A stretch of DNA of 64,000 bases from Paraspadella gotoi (lineage: Eukaryota > Animalia > Chaetognatha): NCBI GenBank assembly GCA_051294375.1, contig CM119263.1, positions 8,684,908 through 8,748,907 of the forward strand, written 5' to 3'. This document shows positions 1 through 14,204 of the stretch, in pieces. The position numbers and the translations under genes are program-made. A model generated the notes under the pieces. It saw nothing but the letters and a program-made list of their open reading frames with translations, was not told where the DNA came from and searched no databases. Position 1 is the stretch's first letter. Each line of letters opens with the position of its first letter.

Positions 1-1130
1 CGACTGAGGCGCGTTTAAATGCAGCAGACGAAGTAAAGAACGAACTTAATAATATTAAAATTTATTTATATATTGAATAAATTAATGAAATTTGGAAAAA
101 ATAATCAAATGCTAGCCCCGTGATAAAATAAAATAATATAAAAGAAAGACTATTGGCAAAATTAATGATTAAAACGATTTAAAAGAATTAATTGTAGAAA
201 GAATGAATTATTAATAATGATTTATTAATAAAACTTATAGAAAAGACTAATTGTTTTGGTAGCTTGATTTTTGATTTTTGTGAATGAAGAATAAAAAAAA
301 AAAATGTGTGCTAGTAAAAACAAAAAAAAAATCGATTGAATGATTAAAAAAAGTTTTACAACTTCAGTTGAAGACGGTGGGAGGCAAAGAAGCCTCATTT
401 GCAGGTTCTGGCTCATGTCAACTTGAAGAAGTTTGAAAAGATGTCGGTAAGGATTATATTTTAAAATGNNNNNNNNNNCAATGAAAAAAGAGCACGCAAA
501 GCCAGTATACGAGTAACCGAAAGTGAAGTAACAAAAAAGAAGCGACACAAAATATCGAACGCGCCTCTTAGAAAATAATTTCTTTGAAATCTTCCATCCA
601 TCCCCTCTCTTTTGTTACCCCCGCTCCATTCCCTGGCTTTCTCAAGTCTCAACCTGCTCCTATTCCGCAGCGCATGATCTTTCCCTCAGTCGGAGCGCTC
701 GACCACGCTCGTCTCGTCGGGCGGGATTGGGACCAGGAGACGCGCTCTGGCCGAGCGGTTAAGCGGAGAGGGGGAGGGCGATTTTATGAAGAAGGTCGCG
801 CGGTTAATTGAAGAGAAAAGGATTGTATTTAGTTGAATAGTAGAGAAAGGGTATAATAGACACGGTAGTAAAGGGTGGTCAGGAAGAAAAATGAAAATGT
901 TACACATTAAACAAGATAACGAAGGAAAAAAAAAACAAACTAAAATTCAAGTGTTTCCCATGAATTTCCTTCTCATTGTTTTCTTAATCTGCGTTATTAA
1001 CCAGAAAAATCTTCCGTGGAAAAATATCAAATTTCGTTTTTGATGAAGACGAGAAGGTGAATTTAATCAAATAGCTTCCCTTGTGGACCAAGGTATTTCC
1101 GGTCTGGTTTATTTCTTCTCTCTCTCTCTC

Positions 1131-1217
<87 letters not shown>

Positions 1218-1608
1218 CCTCTTGGGAGAAGGATTTTTTAATTAAAAAAAAATTATCCCGCACAAAGCGATTGAAACAATATCGAAAAATTTACTATTTA
1301 TTTTTTGAGAGAAAGAAATTCAGGACAAAAATTTGGAGTGGTTCATGACAAGACGGTTAAACTACTCCCTCTTCAATTCTTCATTCATAATCATTCCGAG
1401 GGTGACCACTGACCCCAACCGCAGCAACAATCTGACCTACGGACAATTTGGACACTCGCCCCATCACTCCATGATAAAAGCCCAACAATTTTCCAGCGTT
1501 CACCTCTCGTCAGCCTCATTTCCATGTTGTAGTCGGCGCTGGGCCTTTCGCCTCTCACGACCGTCACTGTGGCCATGCTGCGTTTGATGTTTATCATCGA
1601 CCCGACGC

Positions 1609-1695
1609 GTCGGCTTGGGTCGGAGTCGGCTTGGGTCGGAGTCGGCTTGGGTCGGAGTCGGCTTGGGTCGGAGTCGGCTTGGGTCGGAGTCGGCT
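1609..1695 (+). repeat. 16-bp tandem repeat (GTCGGCTTGGGTCGGA) x5
   Basis: Directly visible; a noisier mirror copy lies at ~6910-7020. Confidence 0.9.
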
Positions 1696-2129
1696 GGTGC
1701 TGTGACGAACGAGCTTGCGAACGATGAGGCCAACGACGAATCGAAGGGATTGAAACAATATCGTTGTCTTCTTTTTCTTTGGCGCGAATTTAATTTCTAA
1801 ATTAATTATTTATTATCCGTTTTTAATTTTTTTATTATCAGCTAATTTTTTTAAATTGATCCGCTCCGTTTTTTTTTTGGTTTAATCCAGTATTTTTTTC
1901 TTTGGTTTTCCAGGTTTTTTTTCTTTTTATTTAATTTTCCGTCGCTTTTTTTCTTGTTATTTTAATTATTTTTTTTTCTCCCTTTTTTTCCCTAATACAT
2001 TGTCTTTTGTTTTTTTTTATTCTTTTTTATCCCAACGAAATTTCGGCGCAAATCGATCGAAGCTGAGGATCGAGAGAAGCGGAAGACGAAAATCTCGCGT
2101 TTTACTTTTTTAACATATTTTTTAAAAAA

Positions 2130-2162
<33 letters not shown>

Positions 2163-2621
2163 TTAGATGGCGACGAAGATGACGAGTTACGACGACAACG
2201 ACCACGACGACGAACCTCGTGATTGAAAACCTTGATTTTTTTTCTCTTATCATCGCTTGCTCTCATTTCGTATTCAATGACCAATCGAAACAGTAAAATA
2301 GGCATCATAATTATATTACCCAACAAGGAACTGTGTAGGAGACTTTTCAGTACTTAAAATCAGCAAGAAGTAAAAAGAATTTGAAAATGTGAATTAATCA
2401 ATCAATCATTCAATGAATGAATGAATGAATCAATCAATTAATCAATCAATCATTTAAAATTTTTCCACCAAAGTTTTATATGTTCTAGTAAAAATTCACT
2501 GACAAAAAAATAATTTTCTTTTATTTACAAATATTTATTTCCTTTTTATTGACATTTAATTGTCTAATATTATCGAAAGCGACCCATCAATGAAAGTTTA
2601 GAGAGGTATAGCGAGAAATAG

Positions 2622-2710
<89 letters not shown>

Positions 2711-3599
2711 CTTTCAGGAAATCAAGGACACCTAGTAAAATTCAGTGCATAATACAGCTTATGTACATAGACATTGTAAAATGTACTTACATTGTACAAT
2801 TTTCTTCTTCTTTTCTGCCATTAGCCTGATTTAAAGACCTGGAAACAGTAAATACTAAAGTTTACCGCCATGCTGGTACAACTATTGCAATTCCATTGAA
2901 TTCATGATTAGAAATAATTACATTCGTTGAACCAATTTCCCAAGAACTTTTGAACTTTTTCCGTTGCTTTTAACTAAAATGCTCTGCTATGTATACATAT
3001 CGAAACTCACCTTTTTACAAGATACTTTCTCGTCAAAATATGACCAGCCTGACGCCTCATTAAAAACCTTTTCAACAACGATTTTTTCACTTCGTTTAAA
3101 AATGTCTAAAAATCCGTCGTAAAAGTAAACAAAAAAAAATATCAAAGACTCTAATTTTCTCGCCGATGATTTACGAAGCAAAACTTTTTCTGACAGAACA
3201 AGGTTCACAGTAGCTTCTTGTCTTATTGATTCAAAATTTTGGAACGGTTGCACGTCAAGTTAAGTTTTTTGTTGCATTGTTTTCTTTTTATAGTCTTAGT
3301 TGTTTTAAATTTTTTATTTGGATTTCATCTTTTTAACAACTTGACTTTTGCTATTACAAATACATCGTATCTTTTATCTTATCACATCTTTTCTCATGTC
3401 ACATAAAGTCCTTGCCCATTAATCATTCGTTATACAATGATTAATTTTATTAGAAGAGCCCTTTGTTTTTCTTGTCCTCTCATTAGCATATTTTCTTAAA
3501 ATTGCTCGTTGCATCTCATCTCATCTCATCTCCTTTTTCACGACCTCCTAATATCACACGAACTCATCGCTCTTTAATTCACTCTTCACTTCGCATTGA

Positions 3600-3972
3600 C
3601 TTTTTACCTTTCCCTTCACTCCTATTATCCCAACTTCTCTTTTCTCTTTTTACCTTTCCCTTCACTCCTATTATCACATCTTCTCTTTTCTCTTTTCACC
3701 TTTCCTTTCACTCCTATTATCCCATCTTCTCTTTTCTCCTTTTACCTTTCCCTTCACTCCTATTATTCCATCTTCTCTTTTCTCTTTTTACCTTTCCCTT
3801 CACTCCTATTATCCCATCTTCTTTTATCTCTTTTTACCTTTCCCTTCACTCCTATTATCCCATCTTCTCTTTTCTCTTTTTACCTTTCCCTTCACTCCTA
3901 TTATCCCATCTTCTCTTTTCTCTTTTTATCTTTCTCTTCACTCCTATTATCCTATCTTCTCTTTTCTCTTTT
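3600..3972 (+). repeat. 46-bp pyrimidine-rich minisatellite, ~8 copies (mirror copy ~4375-4860)
   Basis: The unit TTTTTACCTTTCCCTTCACTCCTATTATCCCATCTTCTCTTTTCTC recurs with period 46. Confidence 0.9.
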
Positions 3973-4094
3973 TAACTCTCGTCGTCCGGAGTTCAGATGA
4001 GGCGGCCGCAACCAATGTCAGCTCATCCAACAGAATCCATTTTTTAAATCCAGAGTTTGATAAAGTGGCTTTCAGGTGAATGTACCGCAAGAAT

Positions 4095-4131
<37 letters not shown>

Positions 4132-4150
4132 GGAGAGAGAGAGAGAGAGA

Positions 4151-4233
<83 letters not shown>

Positions 4234-5908
4234 GAGAGAGAGAGAAGAGCTATTCTTGCGGTACATTCACCTGAAAGCCACTTTATCAAACTCTGGATTT
4301 AAAAATGGATTCTGTTGGATGAGCCTGACATTGGTTGCGGCCGCCTCATCTGAACTCCGGACGAACGAGAGTTAAAAAGAGAAAAGAGAAGATAGGATAA
4401 TAGGAGTGAAGAGAAGATAAAAAGAGAAAAGAGAAGATGGGATAATAGGAGTGAAGGGAAAGGTAAAAGAGAAAAGAGAAGATGGGATAAAGGAGTGAAG
4501 GGAAAGGTAAAAGAGATAAAGAGAAGATGGGATAAATAGGAGGTGAAGGGAAAGGTAAAAAGAGAAAAAGAGAAGATGGGAAAAATAGGAGTGAAGGAAA
4601 GGTAAAAGGAAGAAAAGAGAAGATGGAGTATTAGGAGTGAAAGGAAAGGTAAAAGAGAAAGAGAGATGGGATAATAGAGTGAAGGGAAGGTAAAAAGAGA
4701 AAAGAGGAGATGGATAATAGAATGAAGGAAAGGTAGAAAAGAGAAAAGAGAAGATGGTAATTAGGTAGTGAAGGGAAAGGTAAAAAGAGAAAAGTGAAGT
4801 TGGGATATAGGAGTGAAGGAAGTAAAGAAGAATAGATGGATAATAGGTGAAGAAAAGTCAATGCGAGTGAAGAGTGAATTAAAGGCGATGAGTTCGTGTG
4901 ATATTAGGAGGTCGTGAAAAAAGAGATGAGATGAGATGAGATGCAACGAGCAATTTTTAAGAAAATATGCTAATGAGAGGCAAGAAAAACAAAAAGGGCT
5001 CTTCTAATAAAAATTAATCATTGTATAACCGAATGATTAATGGGCAAGGACTTTATGTGACGATGAGAAAAGATGTGAAAAGATAAAAGATACGATGTAT
5101 TTGTAATAGCAAAAGTCAAGTTGTTAAAAAGATGAAATCAAATAAAAATTAAAACAACTAAGACTATAAAAAGAAAACAATGCAACATAAAAACTTAACT
5201 TGACGTGCAACCGTTCCAAAATTTTGAATCAATAAGACAGAAGCTACTGTGAACCTTGTTCTGTCAGAAAAGTTTTGCTTCGTAAATCATCGGCGAGAAA
5301 ATTAGAGTCTTGTGATATTTTTTTTTGTTTACTTTACGACGGGATTTTAGACATTTTTAAACGAAGTGAAAAAATCGTTGTTGAAAAGGTTTTTTAATGA
5401 GGCGTCAGGCTGTCATATTTTGACGAGAAAGTATCTTGTAAAAAGGTGAGTTTCGATATGTATACATAGCAGAGCATTTTAGTTAAAAGCAACGGAAAAA
5501 GTTCAAAAGTTCTTGGAAATTGGTCAACCAATGTAATTATTTCTAAATCATGAATTCAATGGAATTGCAATAGTTGTTACCAGCATGGCGGTAAACTTTA
5601 GTATTTACGTTTTCCAGGTCTTTAAATCAGCAAGGCGGAAAAATTAAATTAGTAATACATGCTAGTACAAAAGAGAATAATCCTAATGAATAATTTTGTT
5701 ATTTCAATTTTAACAGGACTAACTGTTTCAGATTAAACATTGTTACTTAATAGTAGTATTATACAAAAGATGGGTACTATTATAAAAAGATAACATATAG
5801 TACACTTATAATAAGATACTGCTAATTTGTCACTTATTCACCTGTACAATAGTATTACAGATTAAAGTGTCCTTGATTCCTGAAAGTTATTCTCTCTCTC
5901 TTCTCTTT

Positions 5909-5960
<52 letters not shown>

Positions 5961-7408
5961 CTCTCTTCCTCTCTCTCTCGTATCTATTTCTTCGCATACC
6001 TTCCTAAACATTTCATTGATGGGTCGCTTTTCGATAATATTAGACAATTAAATGTCAATAAAAAGGAAATAAATATTTGTAAATAAAGAAATTATTCTTT
6101 TTGACAGTGAATTTTTACTAGAACATATAAAACTTTGGTGGAAAAATTTTAAATGATTGATTGTAATTATTGATTGATTCATTCATTCATTCATTGAAAT
6201 GATATGATGATTGATTAATTCACATTTTTCAAATTCTTTTTTACTTCTTGCTGATTTTAAGTACTGAAAAGTCCCTACACAGTTCCTTGTTGGGTAATAT
6301 AATTATGATGCCTATTTTACTGTTTCGATGGTCATTGAATACGAAATGAGAGCAAGCGATGAAAGAGAAAAAAAATCAAGGTTTTCAATCACGAGGTTCG
6401 TCGTCGTTGGTCGTTGTCGTCGTAACTCGTCATCTTCGTCGCCATCTAACGTCGTCGTCGTCGTCGTCGTCGTCGTCTTCTTTTATTAAAAAATATGTTA
6501 AAAAAGTAAAACGCGAGATTTTTCGTCTTCCGCTTCTCTACGATCCTCAGCTTCGATCGATTTGCGCCGAAATTTCGTTGGATAAAAAGAATAAAAAAAA
6601 ACAAAAGACAATGTATTAGGGAAAAAAAGGGAGAAAAAAAAATCAATTAAAATAACAAGAAAAAAAGCGACGGAAAATTAAATAAAAAGAAAAAAAACCT
6701 GGAAAATCAAGAAAAAATACTGGATTAAACCAAAAAAAAACGAGAGCGGATCAATTAAAAAAATTAGCTGATAATAAAAAAATTAAAAACGGATAATAAA
6801 TAATTATTTAGAAATTAAATTCGCGCCAAAGAAAAAGAAGACAACGATATTGTTTCAATCCCTTCGATTCGTCGTTGGCCTCATCGTTCGCAAGCTCTCG
6901 TAACCAGCGTCCGCCCGACTCACCAAGCCGACCCACCAGCCGACTCCGACCCAAGCCGACTCCCGCCGACCCAAGCCGACTCGACCACCGACCCCCAAGC
7001 CGACTCCGACCCAAGCCGACGCGTCGGGTCGATGATAAACATCAAACGCAGCATGGCCACAGTGGACGGTCGTGAGAGGCGAAAGGCCCAGCGCGACTAA
7101 CAACATGAAATGAGGCTGACGAGAGGTGAACGCTGGAAAATTGTGGCTTTTATCATGGAGTGATGGGGCGATGTCCAAATTGTCCGTAGGTCAGATTGTT
7201 GCTGCGGTTGGGGTCAGTGGTCACCCTCGGAATGATATGAATGAAGAATTGAAGAGGGAGTAGTTTAACCGTCTTGTCATGAACCACTCCAAATTTTTGT
7301 CCTGAATTTCTTTCTCTCAAAAAAATAAATAGTAAATTTTTCGATATTGTTTCAATCGCTTTGTGCGGGATAATTTTTTTTAATTAAAAAATCCTTCTCC
7401 AAGAGGAA

Positions 7409-7477
<69 letters not shown>

Positions 7478-8218
7478 GAGAGAGAGAGAGAGAGAGAGAT
7501 GAGAGAGGAGAGGATGAGAGAGAAGAATAACCAGCCGGAATACTTGGTCCACGAAGGGAAGCTATTTTGATTAAATTCACTTCTCGTCTTCATCAAAAAA
7601 ACGAAATTTTGATATTTTTCACGGAAGATTTTTCTGGTTAATAACGCAGATAAGAAAACAATGAAAGGAAAATTCATGGGAAACACTTTGAATTTCTAGT
7701 TTGTTTTTTTTTTCCTTCGTTATCTTGTTTAATGTGTAACATTTTCATTTTCTTCCTGACCACCCTTTACTACCGTGGTCTATTATACCCTTTCTCTACT
7801 ATTCAACTAAATACAATCCTTTTCTCTTCAATTAACGCGCGACCTTCTTCATAAAATCGCCTCCCCCTCTCCGCTTAACCCGCTCGGCCAGGCGCGTCTC
7901 CTGGTCCAATCCGCCCGACGAGACCGAGCGTGGTCGAGCGCTCCGACTGAGGGAAAGATCCATGCGCTGCGGAATAGGAGCAGGTTGAGACTTGAGGAAA
8001 GCCAGGGAATGGAGCGGGGGTAACAAAAGAGAGGGGATGGATGGAGATTTCAAAGAAATTACTTTTCTAAGAGGCGCGTTCGATATTTTGTGTCGCTTCT
8101 TTATTTGTTACTTCACTTCGTTACTCGTTATACTGGCTTGCGTGCTCTTTTTCATTGACTGATGGTCCTTACCTAACTACAATTAGTAACTAATCAATTT
8201 GGTTGTACTTCTTCTCTT

Positions 8219-8257
<39 letters not shown>

Positions 8258-9001
8258 NNNNNNNNNNNNNNNNNNNNNNNNNTCTCTCCCAATGACCACA
8301 TAAGAAAAGGGCCGTTTAATTGTATCTCCGTCCTTTCAAAACAAAAAATTCGCGAGCAATCTCATTAGATTTTAACGATTTTAAAGGTCATTAAATCTTT
8401 ACATTAATTAGATCCTCAGGGGAGATAAAGAGTCGTTATGTCCATTAGGTGTAGGTAATTGAAATAAATAGATGATTCGTCGTTGATTATTTATTATATA
8501 TTTATTTTCGTTAGTTTGTTGCTACTCGAGTCTAATCATTTATTACTTTTTTTCGACTTAAATAAATTTTTCGACGAAAATAAATAAATAAATCGACTGA
8601 ATCAAAATAGAAATTTAATTAAAATACTACTTTAAAAGAAACTCACTATTTCACGTGATTCAGAAATCGGTACGGGAAGGAGAAACACCTTCACAATGGT
8701 ATTAAAAATGTTTCCGTATTTAACAAGCGAAAGCCTTCCATTATTGTTTCTCAAAAACGCGAGCCTCTCTCTCTCTAACCCTTTTCGAGAAAGACCCCAT
8801 AAATTAAACATCTTCTCTGTTAGCTTTCATCGTCGTTGTCGTCGTCGTCGTCGTCGTCGTCGTCAACCAGTCTTGTTGTTTCTTCTCCGAATATTCATCA
8901 ACGCGTTCCCAGCAGGTGACCGACAAAGCGGGCAAGAAGTCGAGAAGAACTCGCATGTCATTTCAAAGTTACAATATTTTGACGTGAAAGTAAATTGTAA
9001 A

Positions 9002-9417
9002 TTTAGTAGTTAATAGTTTGATTTGGTCTTTTCATGCCAATAATATAAAAGGAAAACAAATTATTTCTGGAAGTAACATAAATATTTATATTTAAATAAG
9101 CACTGATCTTCAGAGACTTCTGTCTCCCTCAAGGTGCATAAACAAATTAACACAAAATTTACAAAACAGTTTTAGGTAAGGTTTCTACTCTTACCATTTG
9201 GCTGAAAATCCATTCAGCCAAATGGAAGAGTAGAAACCTTACCTAAAACTGTTTTGTAAAATTTGTTGTTAATTTTGTTATGCACCTTGAGGGAGACAAA
9301 GTCTCTGAAGATCAGTGCTTTATTTAAATATAAATATTATGTATTCTCCAGAAATAATTTTTTTCCTTTTATATTTATTGGCATGAAAGACCAAAGCAAA
9401 ACTATTAACTACTAAAT
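9002..9417. repeat. ~415-bp fold-back hairpin (~205-bp arms, ~7-nt loop); foldback/MITE-like
   Basis: Centre ...CCATTTGGCTGAA AATCCA TTCAGCCAAATGG...; arms remain complementary out to ATTTAGTAGTTAATAG / CTATTAACTACTAAAT, with scattered mismatches and indels. Confidence 0.9.
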
Positions 9418-9538
9418 CTTCTGCCAAAATCATGACTCTGAAACAAAAATTGTAAATTGTAATCTCCTTAACTGCCGTTCTCATTTCATCGCCCCTAACG
9501 ATCCAACGCTTCCTTTAAACCTAACCAGTAATCAATCG

Positions 9539-9631
<93 letters not shown>

Positions 9632-10439
9632 GAAGACGCTTTCAACGTCGACGTTTACGGAGGCATCTGTCTCCTTCGATTTTACGCGTTTTTCTTTCGC
9701 TTGAAACGATTATGCTAATTAGTTTTTTAGCGCAAGATGAAAAAGAAACTCATTTTTCAATTTCTATTTCAAAAGAGCAAAAGAGCAAAAGAGCAAAAGA
9801 GCAAAAGAGCAAAAGAGCAAAAGTCGATCGATGATCGAATCAATGAATCAAAAGACAAGTGAATTAGTAATTAATTACGGAATTGAATACATCTATAATG
9901 AATAAATATGTCATTGAATAAATGAATGAATGAATGAATGAATTTATGACTGAATAATTGAATGAATGATTGAATAATTGATTAAAGTAATAAATGAATG
10001 AACGAACGCATGAATCAAACGCTTGCACCACTTGACCACATGACCACAAACGACATCCATCCATCCATCCATCCATCCATCCATTATCAATCAAGCTTTT
10101 TTTTGACAAAACTGGAATAACCCATAGATCGATCTAAAAGAAAACAAACTGATCTACTAATCCATCCGTCCGTCCGTCCGTCCGTCCGTCCGAAAATTTC
10201 TTCTTTCCGATCAATCCGTCGGCGTCGGGTTTACCTCCTCGACTCCCCACCCCCTCTCCCTTCTCCCTCTCCGCCCCCCTTCGCCTCCCTTCGAATCACG
10301 AATCCGTCATAACGAGAGAGAAAACGTTTAAAAGTTTTATGTCTGTCGCTTTAAATTCCTTAACTCGAGATCATTTCTGAGTCTGACGCAGACGAAAACA
10401 TCATTCTGTCCGGAAAATGACGAACCTGATTTTTTTTTT

Positions 10440-10497
10440 TATGTTCGTGATTTCCAACGAATTCTCGGTGCTTCTTTCTCTCTCTCTCTTCCTCTCG

Positions 10498-10529
<32 letters not shown>

Positions 10530-10733
10530 CTCTCTCATCTCTCCTCCTCTTCTGCTCTCCTTTATTTCTCTTCTCATGATATTGTTGGGGCCATCAATGT
10601 CTTCCATCGAAAAAATTAGGGAGTTTTTCTTTTCCATTGTTGTTGTTTGTTGTTTATTTATATCTTTATGATATGGAGGAGGAGAATTGACGACGACGAC
10701 GACGACGAACGATGATGAATGATGATGATGATT

Positions 10734-10778
<45 letters not shown>

Positions 10779-11792
10779 AATCGTTAGAATGGTTTCTTCA
10801 TTTAACTCACATTTAATCGCTCAAATTCGCAAGACACTACTTTGGTTACTTTCTCCATTCTTCGAATCTTTGAAACGAACAAAAAACGAACCAAAAAAAA
10901 ACAAAAAAAGACAAAAACAACAAACAAAAAACAAAGAGAATACAAAAACGAACAAAAGAGTAACAAAAAACGACAAAAAAAAAAAACAAAAAGAGAGAAC
11001 AAAAAACGAACAAAAAAAACAAAAAAAAAGAGAACAAAAAGGAACAAAAAAAAACAAACAAATAAGAGAACATTTAAACGAACAAAAAAAAAAAGATGAA
11101 AAAAAAGAGACAAAACTCGTCGGCGCGATAATTTTTCCTCAAAATCACAAAATTCAAAGNNNNNNNNNNNNNNNNNNNNNNNNNAGCGACTTCGCATCTC
11201 CCCACTGATCTCTCCCTCTGTCTTAGGCTAAGTCCAGGGATAAAAGATAGCGACCGCACTTTAATCTCTTTACCTCTTACTCTATTTACCACCGAGTGTC
11301 CGACATCTGAACGATGGTATCTTCGCTATAAAAATGTTCGTATTTTCCAACGAATTTCTCTCTCTTCTCGTCTCTCTCTTCTCTTGCCATCTCTCTCTCT
11401 CTCTTCTCTCTCTACTCTCATTCTCTCTCTCACTCTCTCTCTCCTCTCTCTCTCTCTAGCCTTTTATTCTCCTATGATATGTGGGGCCATCAATGCTCCA
11501 TCGAAATAAATTAGGGATGTTTTTCTTTTCCATTGTTGTTGTTTGTTGTTTATTTATATCTTTATTGATATGGAGGAGGAGAATTGACAGAACGACGACG
11601 AACGACGACGACGAGACGATGATGATGATGATGATTATGATGATGATGATGATGATGATGAATGATGATGATGATGATGATGATATAATCGTTAGAAATG
11701 GTTTCTTCATTTACTCACATTTAATCGCTCAATTCGAAAGACACTACTTTGGTAACTTCTCCATTCTTCGAATCTTTGAAACGAACAAAAAA
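10440..11792 (+). repeat. ~450-bp direct duplication (10440-10886 and 11334-11792) flanking an N-gap; likely assembly redundancy
   Basis: Both copies have the same order of (CT)n, GGGGCCATCAATG, (GAT)n and CTCCATTCTTCGAATCTTTGAAACGAAC. An A-stutter (10880-11110) and a gap (11160-11184) lie between them. Confidence 0.8.
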
Positions 11793-12877
11793 AGGCTTCA
11801 CCTGCCGATCAACTGAAGAATAGAAAAAAATCGTTAACGTTTGACCTTTGACTTTGTTGACTGAGGTCGATCTGACGACGACGACGACGATGGAGACAAA
11901 GAAGTCATCGTATCGATCACTCGCCATTGTTCTTCGAAGCCCAGGCAGGTGTCGTTGGCGTCCGAGTGTCTGGTCAACAGCATCATGGAAAATTGGTCAG
12001 TTTTTCTCTTTACGACTTCGACCAACCTTATTCTCCTCCTCCTCCTCCTCCTCCTCCTTCTCCTCCCTCTTCTTCTTCCCCCTGATTTTTCCAAAGTCAA
12101 TCCATCGAGATTTTGATGAGGACAAAATCGTAAAAAGAACCGAGAAAAATGGTCAAAGACGATAACCATGACGACGACGACGACGACGACGACGACGTTT
12201 CTCGATGGAAACGTTCCAAGTTTGATTTCAAAACACCCCTTTTCTTATAGACTATCGAAAACCAACTAAACCGTTTGTCGCTGAACTTCTTGCGGAAAGA
12301 TAAAAAGTCGCATCTGTTAATCATCTTAAAATGGCATTTGTCAAGCATTCGGGTCACTGGATCTTCTTCGGCACGAGTTGAGAAAGCTGAGAGAGTTGAA
12401 AATAACAATAACGGATAAGGGTTAAACTTAAGTTCAGGGATTAAACAAAAATAAGGCGCTTTTGGAAAAGAGAGCCATATTGTGAACCTCGAACCTCGGG
12501 ACTTTTTTTTTGGTCCACTGTCGTTGGTCGTCGTCGTCGTCATCGTCGGCGCATCTTTCGTTGTCGTGGTGCTCATGGTCCGCTCCGCAGCAATCGACGG
12601 CGACTGTGTTCCTCGACGTCGTCTTCATCGTCGTCGTCGTCGTCGTCGTCGTCGTCATCGTCGTGGAACTCTTGACCGTAGAATAAAAGGCGTCGATTCG
12701 CTTCTCGGCTTCAATTTCGACTTCGATTCTTTGGCATCGACATCTCAAAGTCCAGACCTCTTCAAAAAAAAAAAAAGAAAGTTAAGATAAAAACTATTTA
12801 AATAAAAACCTTCAACCGCGTGTAATAAAAATCCGAAATATAAATTCACCTAATTTATTTTAACAACACCGATCACA

Positions 12878-14204
12878 ATGTTGTCTTCGACACGTCTTGT
12901 CACTGGCGCCGTCTTCCTTCTTCTTCTCTCCCTTCGTCCCGTCGGAGCGCACCCTCGTCACCAGGGTCTCCGACGTCTCCCGCGCGAAAGCCCCGACCGA
13001 GCGCCCGCGCGCGATGGCGAAGACGCCAAGGCCTCTGCTGCCGCCTTCGACGATTACTCGGAGACGGGCGCCTACGAGTACGACTACAACAACTACGATT
13101 ACTACGAGGAGGAAGACCCAGATTACTACGAGGACAAGGAGCAGGAATGGGCCTTTCCATGGGCGGGTCCCGTCTACCCGGTGGAGGGGCCTCTCAAGGA
13201 CGAATGTCTCGACGGCCCGTGCCTTCAGGGCGGGCGATGCGTGGACCTCCCTCAGGGCTTTATCTGCGACTGCCCGCCCCAGTTTATAGGGCAGAGATGC
13301 GAGATGGAGCTGGATCCGTGCCAGCCCAACCCCTGCCGCAACGGGGGTAAGTGCTACGAAGCGGACGGGACTGGCGCCTGCGAATGTCTCCACGGATTCG
13401 AGGGTAAGTTGGCTAGTTTTTATTGTAGTAGTATTAATTGATTAAAAAAAATAAATAAAACGAAATCGGCTCTCGAAAAACAACTCTCGTTTTTCGGAAT
13501 ACTGCAATCAAAGTAGATCTTGCTAAATCAACATGTAAATTAAGTAATGACAAGTGATTTTTTTCAACCAGCGCTGTACCGATCCCTTTATCTTTAACTA
13601 AAATTTGTATTTACCAGGTTATTTCTGCGAGAGAGAGGATTTCTCCAACCGGCACATCCTTTTCTCGCAAACGGAGGCTTGTAGGGCGACCATCTGCAAG
13701 AACCGAGGCGAATGCAGATTGGGTCTGTGGGGTGGCACCTGGGTCTGTGATTGCGATACTGGGTTCTATGGTAAGTTTTTTCTTTTCCTTTTTCTTTTCT
13801 TTTCTTTTCTTTTCTTTTTTCTTTTCTATTCTTTTCTTTCCTTTTCTTCTCTTTTTCCATATCATTCTTCTCCATTTTTTTTCCTTTTCTATTTCAGGTC
13901 GGTTCTGCGAATACTCAGTCAAATCTAACCCCTCACCGACTCGAGACCGTTGCCGAAGCGTCGAATGCCAAAACGGTGGCAGCTGCGTCGACGCGGCGGG
14001 GCAGCAGCCTTTTTGTAAATGCGTCTCGGGTTACGAAGGTGGGTTTAAATTGAGCAACATTGATATTAAAATCATAGCTAATTTGAAGTTTTTATAATTA
14101 CTTACTCTTACTTATTTTTAACTCATTATGTCTGTTATTTTATTTTAGGTCAAGTTTGCGAAAAGGTCGTTCAAGTTGCGATCGACGTGGCTGCTGCATT
14201 CTAG
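12878..14204 (+). CDS. Secreted 4x EGF-repeat protein with acidic Tyr-rich N-terminal segment; exons 12878-13403, 13618-13770, 13898-14038, 14149-14204
   Basis: Signal peptide MLSSTRLVTGAVFLLLLSLRPVGA; four CxxxxCxxxGxC...CxCxxxF/YxGxxC domains; all introns GT-AG phase 1 and frame-consistent; no TM segment. Confidence 0.9.

Larger units (their letters stand above)
479..8157. repeat. ~7.7-kb palindrome (two ~3.7-4-kb inverted arms, centre ~4130 in a (CT)n/(GA)n tract); probably a fold-back read or assembly artefact
   Basis: 479-4130 is the reverse complement of ~4130-8157, e.g. the mirror ORFs 4044-4289(-) and 4057-4302(+). The arms differ mainly by 1-2-nt indels, and the palindrome fills almost the whole segment between the N-gaps at 469-478 and 8258-8281. 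Confidence 0.95.

Noticed and set aside
350-3290. Exon-like fragments at ~370-445, 1390-1600 and 2850-3280
   Set aside because: No recognisable protein, and the local sequence is error-prone.
3502-4000. Hydrophobic repetitive ORFs
   Set aside because: They come from the 46-bp minisatellite; no unique spacers, so not CRISPR, and not coding.
4044-4302. ORFs of ER/SL, R, T or D runs here and elsewhere (e.g. 24395-25040, 49787-50543, 53048-53647)
   Set aside because: These are translations of (GA)n, (GAC)n and (GAT)n microsatellites.
9290-9395. CTGAAGA within the 415-bp hairpin
   Set aside because: No properly placed stem II, GAAA or NUH.
10789-11208. Lys-rich and Phe-rich ORFs
   Set aside because: A-stutter low-quality sequence next to a gap.
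11830-12760. Possible minus-strand exons upstream of EGF gene 1
   Set aside because: GC-rich but dominated by trinucleotide repeats; no recognisable domain or consistent splice chain.
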